In this document: piece by piece, positions 9,134-20,600 of the stretch
Layout of the letters: each line of letters starts with the position of its first letter
Position numbering within the stretch: position 1 is the first letter of the stretch
Source of the DNA: Nitrospirota bacterium
GTDB taxonomy: Bacteria; Nitrospirota; Thermodesulfovibrionia; Thermodesulfovibrionales; SM23-35
DNA: 63,973 bases
Direction: 5' to 3'
Assembly: GCA_013388435.1 (NCBI GenBank)
Contig: JACAFE010000030.1
Span: forward strand, 1 to 63,973
Made by a program: the position numbers and the translations under genes
The notes under the pieces: generated by a model
Database searches by the model: none
What the model was told of the DNA's origin: nothing
The model's input: the letters and a program-made list of their open reading frames with translations, nothing else

Positions 9134-11077
9134 GTGATAGAATTACATATGAATTTTTGCAGAGTAGTTTTTCCCATAAACCTTGAACCTCTTCTCTACA
9201 GTTGCAGGGAAGATAATTCTAATTTAATCAAACCTGGAATGCTTGTAACCGCACCTGTTAGAAATAGTTCTAAGAGAGGTATTGTAACTGAAATAGTTAA
9301 CACGCAAACCTTGGATAATATTAAATTCATAGAAAAAATCCACGGGAGTGAGCCACTCTTCAGCAAAAATATGCTTAAACTCTTAAAATGGATGTCTGAA
9401 TACTATCTGGTCAATCAAGGCACTATTTTAAAAAATATACTTCCAGGGGAATTTTTTGAATTATCTTCGCCTTCTCTTAAAAATAAAGATAAATTAAAGT
9501 TACCTGATTTAGAATCTTATAATAATATACCTGAATTTGATATTAATCCAATTTTAAACTTATTTTTAAAATCACTTAAAAAAGATGTTTACCAAAGTTA
9601 TTTGTTGTACGCACATTCCAGAAATATAGAATACTCCTTCATACTTGGAATCTTAGATAATTTCAGAAACATAATTATACTTTGTCCTGAAATATCAATT
9701 GTTGAAACTCTTTATCCTTTGTTAAAAAAATCCTTTGGTGAACGTGTCTGTCAATACCATAGCGGACTTAGCAAACCACAAAAAATTCTTTCAATAGAAA
9801 GAATAGTCTCCGGAAAATCCGATATAGTAATCGGCACAAGACATGCTGTCTTTACGCCATTTAAAAAAGTATCTCTGATTGCAGTTCTTAATGAACATAG
9901 CAGTTTTTATAAATTAGAAAAAATACCATTTTATAATATAAGAGATATTGCGGTTATGAGAGGTTATTACGAAAAATCAGTAGTCCTTCTTTCATCAATA
10001 TCTCCATCCATTGAATCTCTTCATAATTGCATGTCAGGCAAATATAATCTGTTAAAACCTGATATTCATATAAATAGACCAAAAATTAGAATAATAGATA
10101 CAAGATATGGCACGTTTCTGAAGTCTGGCATCTCAAGATCAGTAATTGAATCTGCTTTGAACTCAATAAATCGTGGGAATAAAGTAATGTTTGTACTTAA
10201 TAAAAAAGGTTATGCATCTGTCGTACACTGTGATGATTGTGGTTATATTCAGAAATGTGTAAACTGCGGGATACCTCTTACAGTTGATAAGAAGATCCAC
10301 GCATTAAAATGCAGATATTGCAATTATTCGTTGTCACCTGTACCGGAACAATGTGGCAGATGCAAAGGTTATAATCTTCAAATGCTTGGAACAGGAACAC
10401 AGAGAATTCAGGAAGAATTAGAATCTTTAACCGGATTTAAAACTATCAGAATAGACAGTGATATAGCTTCAGGAAGAAAAGCTTTAAAGAGTCTTCTCAG
10501 TTCCATTTCAAGTGATGACATAAGGATAATAATCGGCACAAAATTAATGACTAGCAGAATTATTACTTTAAACGAATTTTCAAAAGCAATTATACTAAAT
10601 GCAGATTCTTTTTTAAATTTTCCAGATTTCAGAGCTTCGGAAAAAGCTTATCAGGAATTTGTCTCAATCGCTGATAAAATATCATTTGACGGCGAATTAT
10701 TAGTCCAGACCCGTATGCCTCAAAATTATCTTTTTAAATACCTCAAAAAATATGATTATATCTCTTTTATAAAAGAAGAACTCAAGAGACGCAGAGAGTT
10801 GAATTATCCTCCTTTTTCAAAACTTGTATTGATAAAATTTAGATCCGGACATAATATCTTTGAAAAGATAGAAGATATTAGCAAGAAAGCGAATAAAAAT
10901 CTCCAAATTCTCGGACCATTCAAATCAACAGAAAAACAAAAAGATAACGAATTCAGTCTGCTTCTCAAATCCTCTGACCGTAAAATTCTTCATGAAACAG
11001 CAAAAATTTTTCTTAACGCCTTTAAACAGGATAAAAAAACCGAATTATGGATTAATGTAGATCCACTACACATTTAA
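9134..11077 (+). CDS. priA: Primosomal protein N' (PriA) with degenerate helicase motifs
   Basis: Intact 8-Cys Zn region (CDDC..CVNC..CRYC..CGRC) plus GTGTQRI, IGT, PDFRASE and YPPF motifs. Walker A and DEAH are not recognisable. The start may be the ATG at 9149. Confidence 0.85.
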   Translation: MIELHMNFCRVVFPINLEPLLYSCREDNSNLIKPGMLVTAPVRNSSKRGIVTEIVNTQTLDNIKFIEKIHGSEPLFSKNMLKLLKWMSEYYLVNQGTILKNILPGEFFELSSPSLKNKDKLKLPDLESYNNIPEFDINPILNLFLKSLKKDVYQSYLLYAHSRNIEYSFILGILDNFRNIIILCPEISIVETLYPLLKKSFGERVCQYHSGLSKPQKILSIERIVSGKSDIVIGTRHAVFTPFKKVSLIAVLNEHSSFYKLEKIPFYNIRDIAVMRGYYEKSVVLLSSISPSIESLHNCMSGKYNLLKPDIHINRPKIRIIDTRYGTFLKSGISRSVIESALNSINRGNKVMFVLNKKGYASVVHCDDCGYIQKCVNCGIPLTVDKKIHALKCRYCNYSLSPVPEQCGRCKGYNLQMLGTGTQRIQEELESLTGFKTIRIDSDIASGRKALKSLLSSISSDDIRIIIGTKLMTSRIITLNEFSKAIILNADSFLNFPDFRASEKAYQEFVSIADKISFDGELLVQTRMPQNYLFKYLKKYDYISFIKEELKRRRELNYPPFSKLVLIKFRSGHNIFEKIEDISKKANKNLQILGPFKSTEKQKDNEFSLLLKSSDRKILHETAKIFLNAFKQDKKTELWINVDPLHI

Positions 11078-11097
11078 GAATTAACCGAATTATTCTT

Positions 11098-11751
11098 TCA
11101 GGCCATTTCTGAATCATATTCTTCCATCTTTTCAGCAAGGCTTTTCCAGTTCAGGCTCTGCAGGAGTTTAACTATTGTATGTACACCACCTGTCTCTATT
11201 ACTCTAATCCTTTCGTTTTCATCTTTAATTCCATAGAATGGAAGCATTATAAAAAAAGCATGGTCAATGTATTTTTTAATTGGCTTAAGCACATCCTCGC
11301 GTCTTGTATAATAAGGGTCTTCTCCTTCCTTGCACGGCTTTCCGAATACATTGAATTGCCTGCAGGAAATGGGTCTTACAGAATGAATAGAACAAATACC
11401 ATCAATAAGAAAAGGACAGGGGTCACCTGACTTATATTGTTTTAATTGTTTTTTGAGAATATCTCTATTATGTCCTTTAATTTTTTCAGTGGCATACCAT
11501 GAAAGACCCACAAGCTCTAAAGGATAAACAGGAATTGTTTCATGAGTTTTACAACAATAAGAACAGCCTTTTGCGCAAGCCAGTTTTCTTCCTTTTTTAA
11601 ATTCTTCTTTGAGTGCTTCTGAAATACCTTTATCAATAATATAATAAGCATTTAACAATGCTGGCAGCCATTCATGAAGCTTTTCATCAATAGGAAAAGA
11701 TACCCTTTTCGGATTTGTATATCCAGATTTTATTAATTTTTTATCTTTCAT
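11098..11751 (-). CDS. YkgJ-family cysteine-cluster (Zn/Fe-chelating) protein
   Basis: CAKGCSYCC ... CPFL ... CSIHSVRPISCRQF pattern. Confidence 0.8.
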   Translation of the reverse strand: MKDKKLIKSGYTNPKRVSFPIDEKLHEWLPALLNAYYIIDKGISEALKEEFKKGRKLACAKGCSYCCKTHETIPVYPLELVGLSWYATEKIKGHNRDILKKQLKQYKSGDPCPFLIDGICSIHSVRPISCRQFNVFGKPCKEGEDPYYTRREDVLKPIKKYIDHAFFIMLPFYGIKDENERIRVIETGGVHTIVKLLQSLNWKSLAEKMEEYDSEMA

Positions 11752-11823
11752 TGTTTAATGTAGTTTATTTAGAATAATAGAAAGTAATAAAAATAAAAAG
11801 TACATTTTTCGGAGAAAATATAA

Positions 11824-13647
11824 TTGGACTTCCTTTTTATTTCAATGCCATATGCCAGATTTATTTCTCGCTGGTTTGCAAACATACCAAACATTAATTT
11901 AGGCATAATTCAATCTTTATTAACTCAAAAAGGCAAAAGAGTAAAAACTTTTCATTTCCATCTCGACTTTCTACCCTATATTAAGAAATTTGAACCCAAT
12001 TTATGGGAAAATTTCTTATTTCAAACAGAACAATCAGGCGTTGAATACATGGGGCTTGACTACATATTCGCATCATTGCTTTTTAACGACAAATTCATAA
12101 AATCACAAAAACTAATAAATGATAGACTTAATTCTATCAATCTTAACTTAACAGATTTTTTAAACATGAGGCAAATAGCTGAATCTTTTATTAAAATGGA
12201 ATTCAGTAAATTATTGCCGTATATCAGTGATACAAAGCTGATAGGTTTTAGCTGTTCACACTATCAGTTAAGCAGTTCACTGATTATGGCTAAAAAAATT
12301 AAATCATTATATCCTGATATTCCAATAATATTCGGGGGAAAAGATTGCTCCGGAAAATTTGCTTTTGAGCTTATTAAAAATATGGATTGTTTAGACTATG
12401 TGGGTATCTCTGAATGCGAAATAACAATAGAAAGTCTTCTCGACTATATCGAAAATAGAGATAACATTTTATATAATTTAATATACAAAGCAGAAGGCAG
12501 AATAATAAACTCACCTGAAAAGCCAAATATATCGCTGGAACATCTTCCATTCCCTTCATATGATTTTAATGATTTCCCTTTATCTTCGAGCGAAATAATA
12601 CTTCCTGTTGAGTTTGGAAGAGGCTGCCCATGGAAAAGATGCACATTCTGTCCTGACGAGTCGTACAACATTAAATGTCAATCAAAATCAGCAGAAAAAA
12701 TTTCTGCAGAATTTGAATATTACAAAAATATTTCCCCGGATTTAACTAATTTTTTTATTCTCGACTCAGACGCTCTCAAAAACAAAGAAACAATCAAGGC
12801 AATACCTCAACTTATAAATAATAAAAGTCTATCTTTTCACTATGCTGAATTCAGGGCTGAAAGAATGGATAGAGAGGTCTTGAATGCAATTCTTCATTTC
12901 GGGAAATGGGTATCAAACTTTCAAATTGGCATCGAGACATTCAGTGAAGGACTCCTTAAACTTATGAATAAAGGTGTAACAGTTCTTAAAAACGTTGAAG
13001 TCATCAAATCAGCAGCTGAACTCGGTGTCCCGATTCAATTTAATCTTTTTACATGTTACCCTAAAATGAAAGAAGAACATTTAATCGAAAATATAAAAGT
13101 TATGTACACAATTCAGCATCTTCTTGTATATGAAAATATACAAATATTTCCGGGTGAGTTTTATCTTCCAGCAGACTGCCCTGTTTTTGAAAACCCGGAA
13201 AAATTTGAGATAACTAAAAGTAAAGAAAACATATTTGCATTACTATTGGAAGATTTTCCTATGTCCTCATATTCTAATTATCCTTTCCCTTATAGTTTTA
13301 ATAATGATGAGGAACAATACAGAATGTCGATGATAATCAGAGAAACATGTGAATCAATAAAGAAAAAGAGTCCTGAGAATAACTATATGCGTTATGATAA
13401 TACCGGGGATAAGTTGTTAATCAAATTATGTCGTGATGGTATTAAATCAAGTTTAATATTCAGCGGTTTAGAAAAACATATATATATGAATGCAATAGAA
13501 AAAATTCAGGATATAGAATCCCTTTCACTCGAAACCGGTTTGACTATTAATGAAATAAACTCTATTCTCGCTGACTTTGAAAATAAAGGCATAGTTTTAC
13601 TCTCCTCTGATAAAAAATCTTTTTTATCATTGGCAACAAAGGCTTAA
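11824..13647 (+). CDS. B12-binding-domain radical SAM protein, RiPP-maturase-like N-terminus
   Basis: TTG start. SMPY...PNINLGIIQSLL, IGFSCSHYQ and IIFGG (B12-binding region), RGCPWKRCTFC cluster motif and QIGIETFS. Confidence 0.78.
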   Translation: MDFLFISMPYARFISRWFANIPNINLGIIQSLLTQKGKRVKTFHFHLDFLPYIKKFEPNLWENFLFQTEQSGVEYMGLDYIFASLLFNDKFIKSQKLINDRLNSINLNLTDFLNMRQIAESFIKMEFSKLLPYISDTKLIGFSCSHYQLSSSLIMAKKIKSLYPDIPIIFGGKDCSGKFAFELIKNMDCLDYVGISECEITIESLLDYIENRDNILYNLIYKAEGRIINSPEKPNISLEHLPFPSYDFNDFPLSSSEIILPVEFGRGCPWKRCTFCPDESYNIKCQSKSAEKISAEFEYYKNISPDLTNFFILDSDALKNKETIKAIPQLINNKSLSFHYAEFRAERMDREVLNAILHFGKWVSNFQIGIETFSEGLLKLMNKGVTVLKNVEVIKSAAELGVPIQFNLFTCYPKMKEEHLIENIKVMYTIQHLLVYENIQIFPGEFYLPADCPVFENPEKFEITKSKENIFALLLEDFPMSSYSNYPFPYSFNNDEEQYRMSMIIRETCESIKKKSPENNYMRYDNTGDKLLIKLCRDGIKSSLIFSGLEKHIYMNAIEKIQDIESLSLETGLTINEINSILADFENKGIVLLSSDKKSFLSLATKA

Positions 13648-13700
13648 TTTTCTTATGATTGCTTTAATTATCAAATCAGGTATAATTATAAGCATATAAG

Positions 13701-14369
13701 ATGAAAAGATATTTTGAACTCAACAAATTCAAAAAAGATTGCTCGGATTTTATGCCATTCAAATACCTCGGCGATATGCTCAAGGAAAATAATTTCGTTC
13801 TCAAAAACAAAACGACTCATAGACATGAATCTCATGTTAAAAAATCCGATGAAGAGATTTTTCGTGAAGCTATGGTTAATGTCAAACAAATCAGGGAATT
13901 TATAGACATTCCATATTTAAGTAAAAAGCCCCGAAAATATATTTCTTTAAAAGAAGACGATACAATAAAAACCCTAAAAAAAATAGTTTCAGGCCAGCAA
14001 AAAATTAATCTTCCCGACACACCTGAATACATCGAATGGGTACACTCTGACATTAGAAAAGACATTACTCAAAAGCTGCATCAGGGATATTTTTCTGTGC
14101 AGGACTATATAGACCTTCATGGGCTTACAGTCAATGAAGCAGAAATAGCTTTAAGCGCTTTTCTAAAAAATGCCATTAAAAAAAGACTCTGTTGCGTTAA
14201 AGTTATTCACGGCAGGGGACTTAGATCCCCAAAAGGACCGGTTTTAAAAGAATCTCTGGTTAAATGGTTACACGGAAAATTCAGCAAATGGATTATTGCA
14301 TATTCTACTGCAAAAGACCGAGATGGCGGACTTGGCGCTACATATATAATTTTGAAAACAAGATTATGA
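13701..14369 (+). CDS. Smr/MutS2-domain endonuclease-like protein
   Basis: IDLHGLT...VKVIHGRGLRS...GGLGATYIIL. Confidence 0.9.
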   Translation: MKRYFELNKFKKDCSDFMPFKYLGDMLKENNFVLKNKTTHRHESHVKKSDEEIFREAMVNVKQIREFIDIPYLSKKPRKYISLKEDDTIKTLKKIVSGQQKINLPDTPEYIEWVHSDIRKDITQKLHQGYFSVQDYIDLHGLTVNEAEIALSAFLKNAIKKRLCCVKVIHGRGLRSPKGPVLKESLVKWLHGKFSKWIIAYSTAKDRDGGLGATYIILKTRL

Positions 14370-14773
14370 ATATTAACAATTCTCTTAAAATAAAAATCTA
14401 CTATGAAGATACAGATGCTGGTGGAGTTGTATATTACGCCAATTATCTTAAATTCATGGAACGCTCAAGAACAGAGTATCTTGCTGACAGAAAAATAGAT
14501 GTTTCAGCCTATCACAATAAAGGTTTTATATTCGCGGTCGTTGATGCTGAAATACACTACAAACATCCTGCAAAGCTCGGAGATATTGTAGAAATCACCA
14601 CTGATATTATTGAAACAACAAAAGTAACACTAAAAATAAGACACCATATCAAGAAAAACGAAACAACCTTAGTTGAATCGGTTATAAGACTTGCATGTAT
14701 TAATCCTGAAGGTAAACCACAAAAGATACCAGAAGAAATAATCAAAGCTATTACTGTCCCTGCCATAAAATAA
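14366..14773 (+). CDS. YbgC/4HBT-family acyl-CoA thioesterase
   Basis: IYYEDTDAGGVVYYANYLKFMERSR hot-dog motif. Start moved to the ATG at 14366, which overlaps the Smr stop (ATGA). Confidence 0.9.
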   Translation: MNINNSLKIKIYYEDTDAGGVVYYANYLKFMERSRTEYLADRKIDVSAYHNKGFIFAVVDAEIHYKHPAKLGDIVEITTDIIETTKVTLKIRHHIKKNETTLVESVIRLACINPEGKPQKIPEEIIKAITVPAIK

Positions 14774-14860
14774 AATTAATCCTAAAATGCAATCTAATAG
14801 TCTAACAGGCCATTCAGCCTTCAGGTTAAAAAATAAGTAATTGTGGTATGACAGATAATG

Positions 14861-16966
14861 TTAGCCTGTTCTTAAAGCATATTGATAAAATTTTAATGCA
14901 TATTCTTTAGCCATTCTGCGCGCGCTGAATTTTGCAGCAGTGCTTTTTATCGCTTCCTTCATGATTTTAACCCACTCCACAGGAACTCCGTCTTTATCCA
15001 GCTTATAATATAATGGTATCACCTCATTTTCAAGGATATTATAAATAGCCTCTGCATCTTCTTCATTCCCCTTACCCTCAAATGCCCAGCCATTTTTGCC
15101 ATTATAACCTTCAATCCACCAGCCATCAAGAATACTTAAATTAGGAACACCATTCAAGGAAGCCTTCATTCCGCTTGTTCCGCAGGCTTCAAGTGGTGGC
15201 AATGGATTATTAAGCCACAAATCAACACCATGAACCATATATTGAGCAAGCTGTTCATCATAATTTTCAACAAAAGCTATTCTTCCACCTATTTCAGGAT
15301 CATGCGCAACATTAAATATCTTCTGCAAAATTCTCTTGCCATCTTCATCTGCTGGATGCGCTTTTCCTGAAAAAATAATCTGGATAGGTTTCCAACGATT
15401 ATTAAACATTTTTTTAAGTCTTTCAATATTGGACAATATCAAATCCGCTCTTTTATATGAAGTGAATCTTCTGGCAAATCCTATAGTTAAAGTCATCGGG
15501 TCAAGTAATACACCATTACATATAATGTTAACAGGATTAACTTTATTTTCTTTCCATCTTTTTCTTGTCTGTTCTCTTATAAAATTTAACAGTTTTATTT
15601 TGAGCCAGTAATGAACCTGCCATAATTCATTGTCCGGGATATCATCAATCAAACCCCATATTACAGGATTATCGTGTTCATCAACCCAATTAGAACCAAG
15701 ATATTTGTTAAACAACAATTTTATTTTAGGCTCAATCCATGTAGGCACATGCACTCCGTTGGTAATTGCATCAATTGGTATATCTTCTTCTTTTTTATCC
15801 TTCCACAATATTTTCCATCTACTTTTGGCTACTTCTCCATGCCTTTTACTAACAGCATTGTTGAACTTTGACATTCGTAATGCGAAAGCAGTCATATTAA
15901 ATCCTGCTGAAGGATCTTCAGGATTCACCCCCATTTGAAAGAATTCATCGCGACTTATTCCGAGATGTGAGTAACAACGACTGAAATATTTGTCCATCAT
16001 ATGATAAGGAAAAACATCATGTCCAGCAGGCACCGGAGTATGTGTAGTAAAAATAGTTGTATTCCTGACTTTTTCAATTGCATCCGCAAATTTTTCTCCT
16101 GATTCTACTCTATCTCTTATACGTTCAAGAATTGCAAAAGCTGGGTGGCCTTCATTTAAATGTATAACCGAATGTTTGATTTTAAGGGCGTTCAGTACTG
16201 CTATTCCTCCTATGCCAAGAATTATCTCCTGACGTAATCTTTGCTCTTTATCAGAAATATATAAATGTGCGCTTATTTTTCTATTCCATGGATCATTTAT
16301 ATCTATATCAGTATCCATTAAATATAATGGAATACGACCTACTGCCACTTTCCATACAGCTACATATATAGGTGGATCGGTAAAAGGCACCTTAACTATA
16401 AGTTGTTGCCCATTTTCATCAAACACTCTTTGAATAGGCGATTCATCTCTATCAATTGGCTCATCAATATTTTCCTGCCATCCGTCAACACGTATCTTTT
16501 GTCTTAAATATCCTTCGGGATACATAAATCCCACTGCAATCATAGGCACACCAAGATCACTGCATTCTTTAATATGATCCCCTGCAAGGAAACCGAGACC
16601 ACCTGCATAAAAAGGCAAAGAATGATGAAGTCCGTATTCTGCCGAAAAATAAGCGATAGGAAGACAACTTGGCGCTTCAATATTAGCTGCGAACCAGCAT
16701 ACTTTTGTCTGAATATCATTAAGATATTTTGAATATACCACATCATAATGTCGTAAATAATCGTAATTAGAAGCAAAAGATGTTAAAGTTTCAGAAGGAA
16801 TTTCTTTTAGCATTTTAACAGGATTATGTCTGCTTTCTTTCCAGGCAGCCCTGTTTAACATTTTAAAAAGCATCCTTGCAGACGGATGCCAGCTCCACCA
16901 TAGATTAAAAGCTATTTCTGATACTCCATTAATTCTTTCAGGCATATCAAGTATATTATCACTCAT
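14861..16966 (-). CDS. glgP: Alpha-glucan (glycogen) phosphorylase
   Basis: Motifs YFSAEYG, GGLGFLAGD, HLNEGH, NGVH, ARRFTSYKR and EACGTSGMK. Start placed at MSDN behind the SD GGGGAGG. Confidence 0.95.
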   Translation of the reverse strand: MSDNILDMPERINGVSEIAFNLWWSWHPSARMLFKMLNRAAWKESRHNPVKMLKEIPSETLTSFASNYDYLRHYDVVYSKYLNDIQTKVCWFAANIEAPSCLPIAYFSAEYGLHHSLPFYAGGLGFLAGDHIKECSDLGVPMIAVGFMYPEGYLRQKIRVDGWQENIDEPIDRDESPIQRVFDENGQQLIVKVPFTDPPIYVAVWKVAVGRIPLYLMDTDIDINDPWNRKISAHLYISDKEQRLRQEIILGIGGIAVLNALKIKHSVIHLNEGHPAFAILERIRDRVESGEKFADAIEKVRNTTIFTTHTPVPAGHDVFPYHMMDKYFSRCYSHLGISRDEFFQMGVNPEDPSAGFNMTAFALRMSKFNNAVSKRHGEVAKSRWKILWKDKKEEDIPIDAITNGVHVPTWIEPKIKLLFNKYLGSNWVDEHDNPVIWGLIDDIPDNELWQVHYWLKIKLLNFIREQTRKRWKENKVNPVNIICNGVLLDPMTLTIGFARRFTSYKRADLILSNIERLKKMFNNRWKPIQIIFSGKAHPADEDGKRILQKIFNVAHDPEIGGRIAFVENYDEQLAQYMVHGVDLWLNNPLPPLEACGTSGMKASLNGVPNLSILDGWWIEGYNGKNGWAFEGKGNEEDAEAIYNILENEVIPLYYKLDKDGVPVEWVKIMKEAIKSTAAKFSARRMAKEYALKFYQYALRTG

Positions 16967-16980
16967 ACAAACCTCCCCTG

Positions 16981-17604
16981 TTATTTGCAATTTATGTATT
17001 TATGTAACTGGATATTAAGTCTTGCATGACTTTTATCTTCAATCATCCACCTTACAAGTTCAAAGGGTTTTAAAATATTATATGCAGGTGAAAACAACAC
17101 TTTACAGCGTTTAAATAAATTATAATCCTCGATAATCTTTTTTGACCAATCATAATCATATCTATCCGTTATAACAAATTTTACTTCATGGTTCTCTTTT
17201 ATTATTTCCAGATTGGGGAAAAGCATCTTATCATCCATTTTGCTACCGGGTGTTTTAATATCAAGAATTACTATTGCTCTCGGGTCAATATCTTTAATAC
17301 TTAATGAACCATTAGTTTCTATCAATACATTATACCCTGCGTCTAAAAGATTTGTTATAAAAGGGATTATATTTTCTTGAAGTAATGGTTCGCCGCCGGT
17401 TATTTCAATAAGAGGTATTGTAAGCTCTGTTATTTTTTGAAAAATATATTCTTCATCTATAGTTATACCGTTCTGCCATGCGTATTCTGTGTCACAATAG
17501 GAACACCTCAGATTACATCCAGAAAGTCTGATAAATGTACAGAGCAGCCCCGAATAAGTTGATTCACCCTGAATACTCGTAAATATCTCAGATATTTTCA
17601 ACAT
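16981..17604 (-). CDS. queE: 7-carboxy-7-deazaguanine synthase-like radical SAM
   Basis: Motifs EIFTSIQGES, FIRLSGCNLRCSYCDT, ITGGEPL, IETNG and QLHK. Confidence 0.85.
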   Translation of the reverse strand: MLKISEIFTSIQGESTYSGLLCTFIRLSGCNLRCSYCDTEYAWQNGITIDEEYIFQKITELTIPLIEITGGEPLLQENIIPFITNLLDAGYNVLIETNGSLSIKDIDPRAIVILDIKTPGSKMDDKMLFPNLEIIKENHEVKFVITDRYDYDWSKKIIEDYNLFKRCKVLFSPAYNILKPFELVRWMIEDKSHARLNIQLHKYINCK

Positions 17605-17668
17605 TTAAGTTAAAGACTCCTCTTCCCGATATATTTTATTATAGTATAATGTTACAGGAGGAGTTTAT

Positions 17669-20600
17669 ATGACCGAAAATACACTCGTTTTAAAAATTAC
17701 AGAATTCGATATCCTCAGAGATGTGGTAAAAGATTATCCCGGTATTGTTGGCTCTGCCGAATCTCTGATCAATGATCTCAATAATCCTGAAATCAAACTC
17801 GCGGATGTTTTGAAAAATATGCGTAATTATGCTTTAAAAAACTTCTACCTTTATAACCAACATGAAAAAGGTCCAAAAGTTACTGAAACCATAATGAATT
17901 TCTTTTTTAATGCTTTATCGAGCCCTGATATTTCGATCCATTATTCAGCAATCGAAAATATTCTTGTTTATCTTGAAAAAATATTGATGGATACAACTAC
18001 TGGACTGGACAGATGTTCATCTGTATTATCTGAATGCTTTTTAAAACTGCTTGAGCTTCCGGATGAATTTTTCATTATTATTATAGAGAATCAACATCAA
18101 CTAAAAAAACATGGACAGATTCTCCTCGAAAAAATACACAATCAAATTGATTTAAATATTTTCAATAAATTACTTAAAAGATTTTTCAAAGAAACTTATT
18201 CATACTGGCTAAAGCAGAAAGATCCTCTGCTCTGGCTTAAAGAAAATAATTATTTCCAGCTTCCTGAAGATAAACATGAAAAAATTGAAGAAATCTTTTA
18301 TCCGATTTCCCATTCAAATCTTACGGAACTCTTAAATGAACTTAATTCTATTGATAATATAGAGCACGAAATTATTCGTCTAAAAGAACTCGTAAAATTT
18401 CCAGGATTTATTCAAATCGCAAGATTCTACGAAGAAATAGGCGCAAAACTTTCATTAACCGGGGATGTAATTAGAGACTTGAATATAAAAATACTCTATC
18501 TATTGATGATAATGGATACCCATGGTCTAAGCAGTATTCATGAAAATACACTCAGGGAAATTAATCGTACTATCTCAAATATCGTGAGGCTTGGTGAACC
18601 TGATCAGATTAAAGAAGCTTTATCAGAAATATTTCAAGTTTTCCAGCAAAGCTTTAAAAAATATCCAGAAACTGCATTATATTGCATACAGATTACAGGT
18701 AATGCATTGTATGGCAAAGGTATTAGCAGTCTTGTTGAATGGTATTTGCAGAAAATTGTATCCTTAGGGTTTCAGTACCCTGACATTAAAGGCGTCTCAG
18801 ATGAATGGCAGGTCAAAGCTAACAGAGCCCATCTGAAAAATATAAGGGTATGGCTCGAACTTATCGAAAATAATCCTAAATGGTCAAAGCAGCTTATCTC
18901 CGGACTTATTATAAATTTAAGTCTTGGCGGAGTCCATATAAGTGACACAGACATCTTTCAAAAAGACATAACAAAACTCCTCAATAGTGATATAAAGCCT
19001 GTCTATCATCTGATAAAACAACTATCAAAACTTTTTCCTGTTTATTTCAGTGAAATCGGGGCTGAAGGTCCTTTACGCGAAGTTTCAACTGAAATAGATG
19101 AAATTACACACAGAAATGATAAACTTGTACATTTTTTAAGAAAGCAAAGTCATGCTGACAGCAGCGCGCGTGTCGTGGATTTTATCGAGGCTGTAATACA
19201 CTTTTGGCTTACAAAAGACAAAACAAATCTGAAAGATTTTCTTTATGAAGAACTTTATAACAGACTCGAGTCTTCAGGAGAATATTACGATGAATTACAT
19301 ATTATCTTCAAGAAAATCTTTTCTGGCAAAGGTATAAAGTATATTTCAGACCTGCTTTATTTAACAGAAGATGAAATAATTCTTCTGACAGATAATATTC
19401 AGGAAGTTTCAGATAGAGAAAAAAGACGAGCTTATCTTGCGATAAAATTCTATCAGCTTCTCCATAAAAAATATAGATTCGATATTAAGGATATTAAAGA
19501 ACAACTTATATATGCTCACAGCCTCGGGCTTCCTGCAACAGATTCCCTTATAAGCATACTGGATGAAGGCAATATCGCGCAGAGACTCGAAGCAGTATTG
19601 AATTATCTCGAGAAATTAAAAGAAATAATACTATCTCCTGAAAAATATGAACCTGTTGAGAATATTTTTCGCAAAAGACATATCGCAGCAGGAATGCCAT
19701 CGATGTATGGCAAATATCATGAAAGAAAATTTGACGCTCTTTCAATGAGTTACAGGCTCGAAAATCTTGCAAATATTCTTTTTGAAGACTTGCTCCACTC
19801 AATAAATCTCAAATTCATTACCAGAGCTACATTATTCAAAATACAGAAATATGCTACTTTGTTCTTTAAAGCCCTTCAGATAGACGGAATCTCATCAAAT
19901 AGATTTGAGAATAATCTTGAACTTCTCACTGTTGCGCTTGAAGTCAGGCGTTTTTCTTTTTCACAGTATATTGACATATTCAGAGGTTTTTCAGAAGCCG
20001 TGCAGGATATTTTAAATACATATTATAGTAGTGTTTACAAGAATAATCTTAAGCAGATAATCCTGAATATTGGAACTGAACATATTCTTTCAAAATATCT
20101 GCACACGGAAAAATCTGTCAATGATTCAGAATTCATCAATAAAATATCAGAACAATTTCTAAGAGAAATAGTCGCAAGTTCATTCGGGCTACAGCAACTT
20201 GACAGCTTTATAAGCAGAATTCTTAAAACACTTTTTGAGCAGGCTGAAGGACTCGATATCCAGACACTCGATTTATTAATGAGTTATGACCCTAAAAAAG
20301 CATTGTCAGGAATTCATATACCGAATCAAGTTACTTTTGACAGAATACATCTCGGGAATAAAGGTCATAATTTAGTCAAACTCGCTTCTTTGAAAATACC
20401 TGTTCCTCCTGGTTTCATAATAACAACAGAGGTCTTCAGATGTGAAAAAGCCATTAGCAGATTCAGATACGTAAGAGAACATCTTGAAGAAGGCATAAAA
20501 AAACATCTTTCGGTTCTTGAAAAACAAACAGGAAAATCATTTGGAGATCCAGATAATCCTTTAGTTGTTTCGGTTAGAAGCGGCAGTGCTATCTCAATGC

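Noticed and set aside
12622-12650. CX4CX2C spacing in the B12 radical SAM
   Set aside because: RGCxWxxCxFC spacing is common in B12-dependent radical SAM enzymes and is not a novelty by itself.
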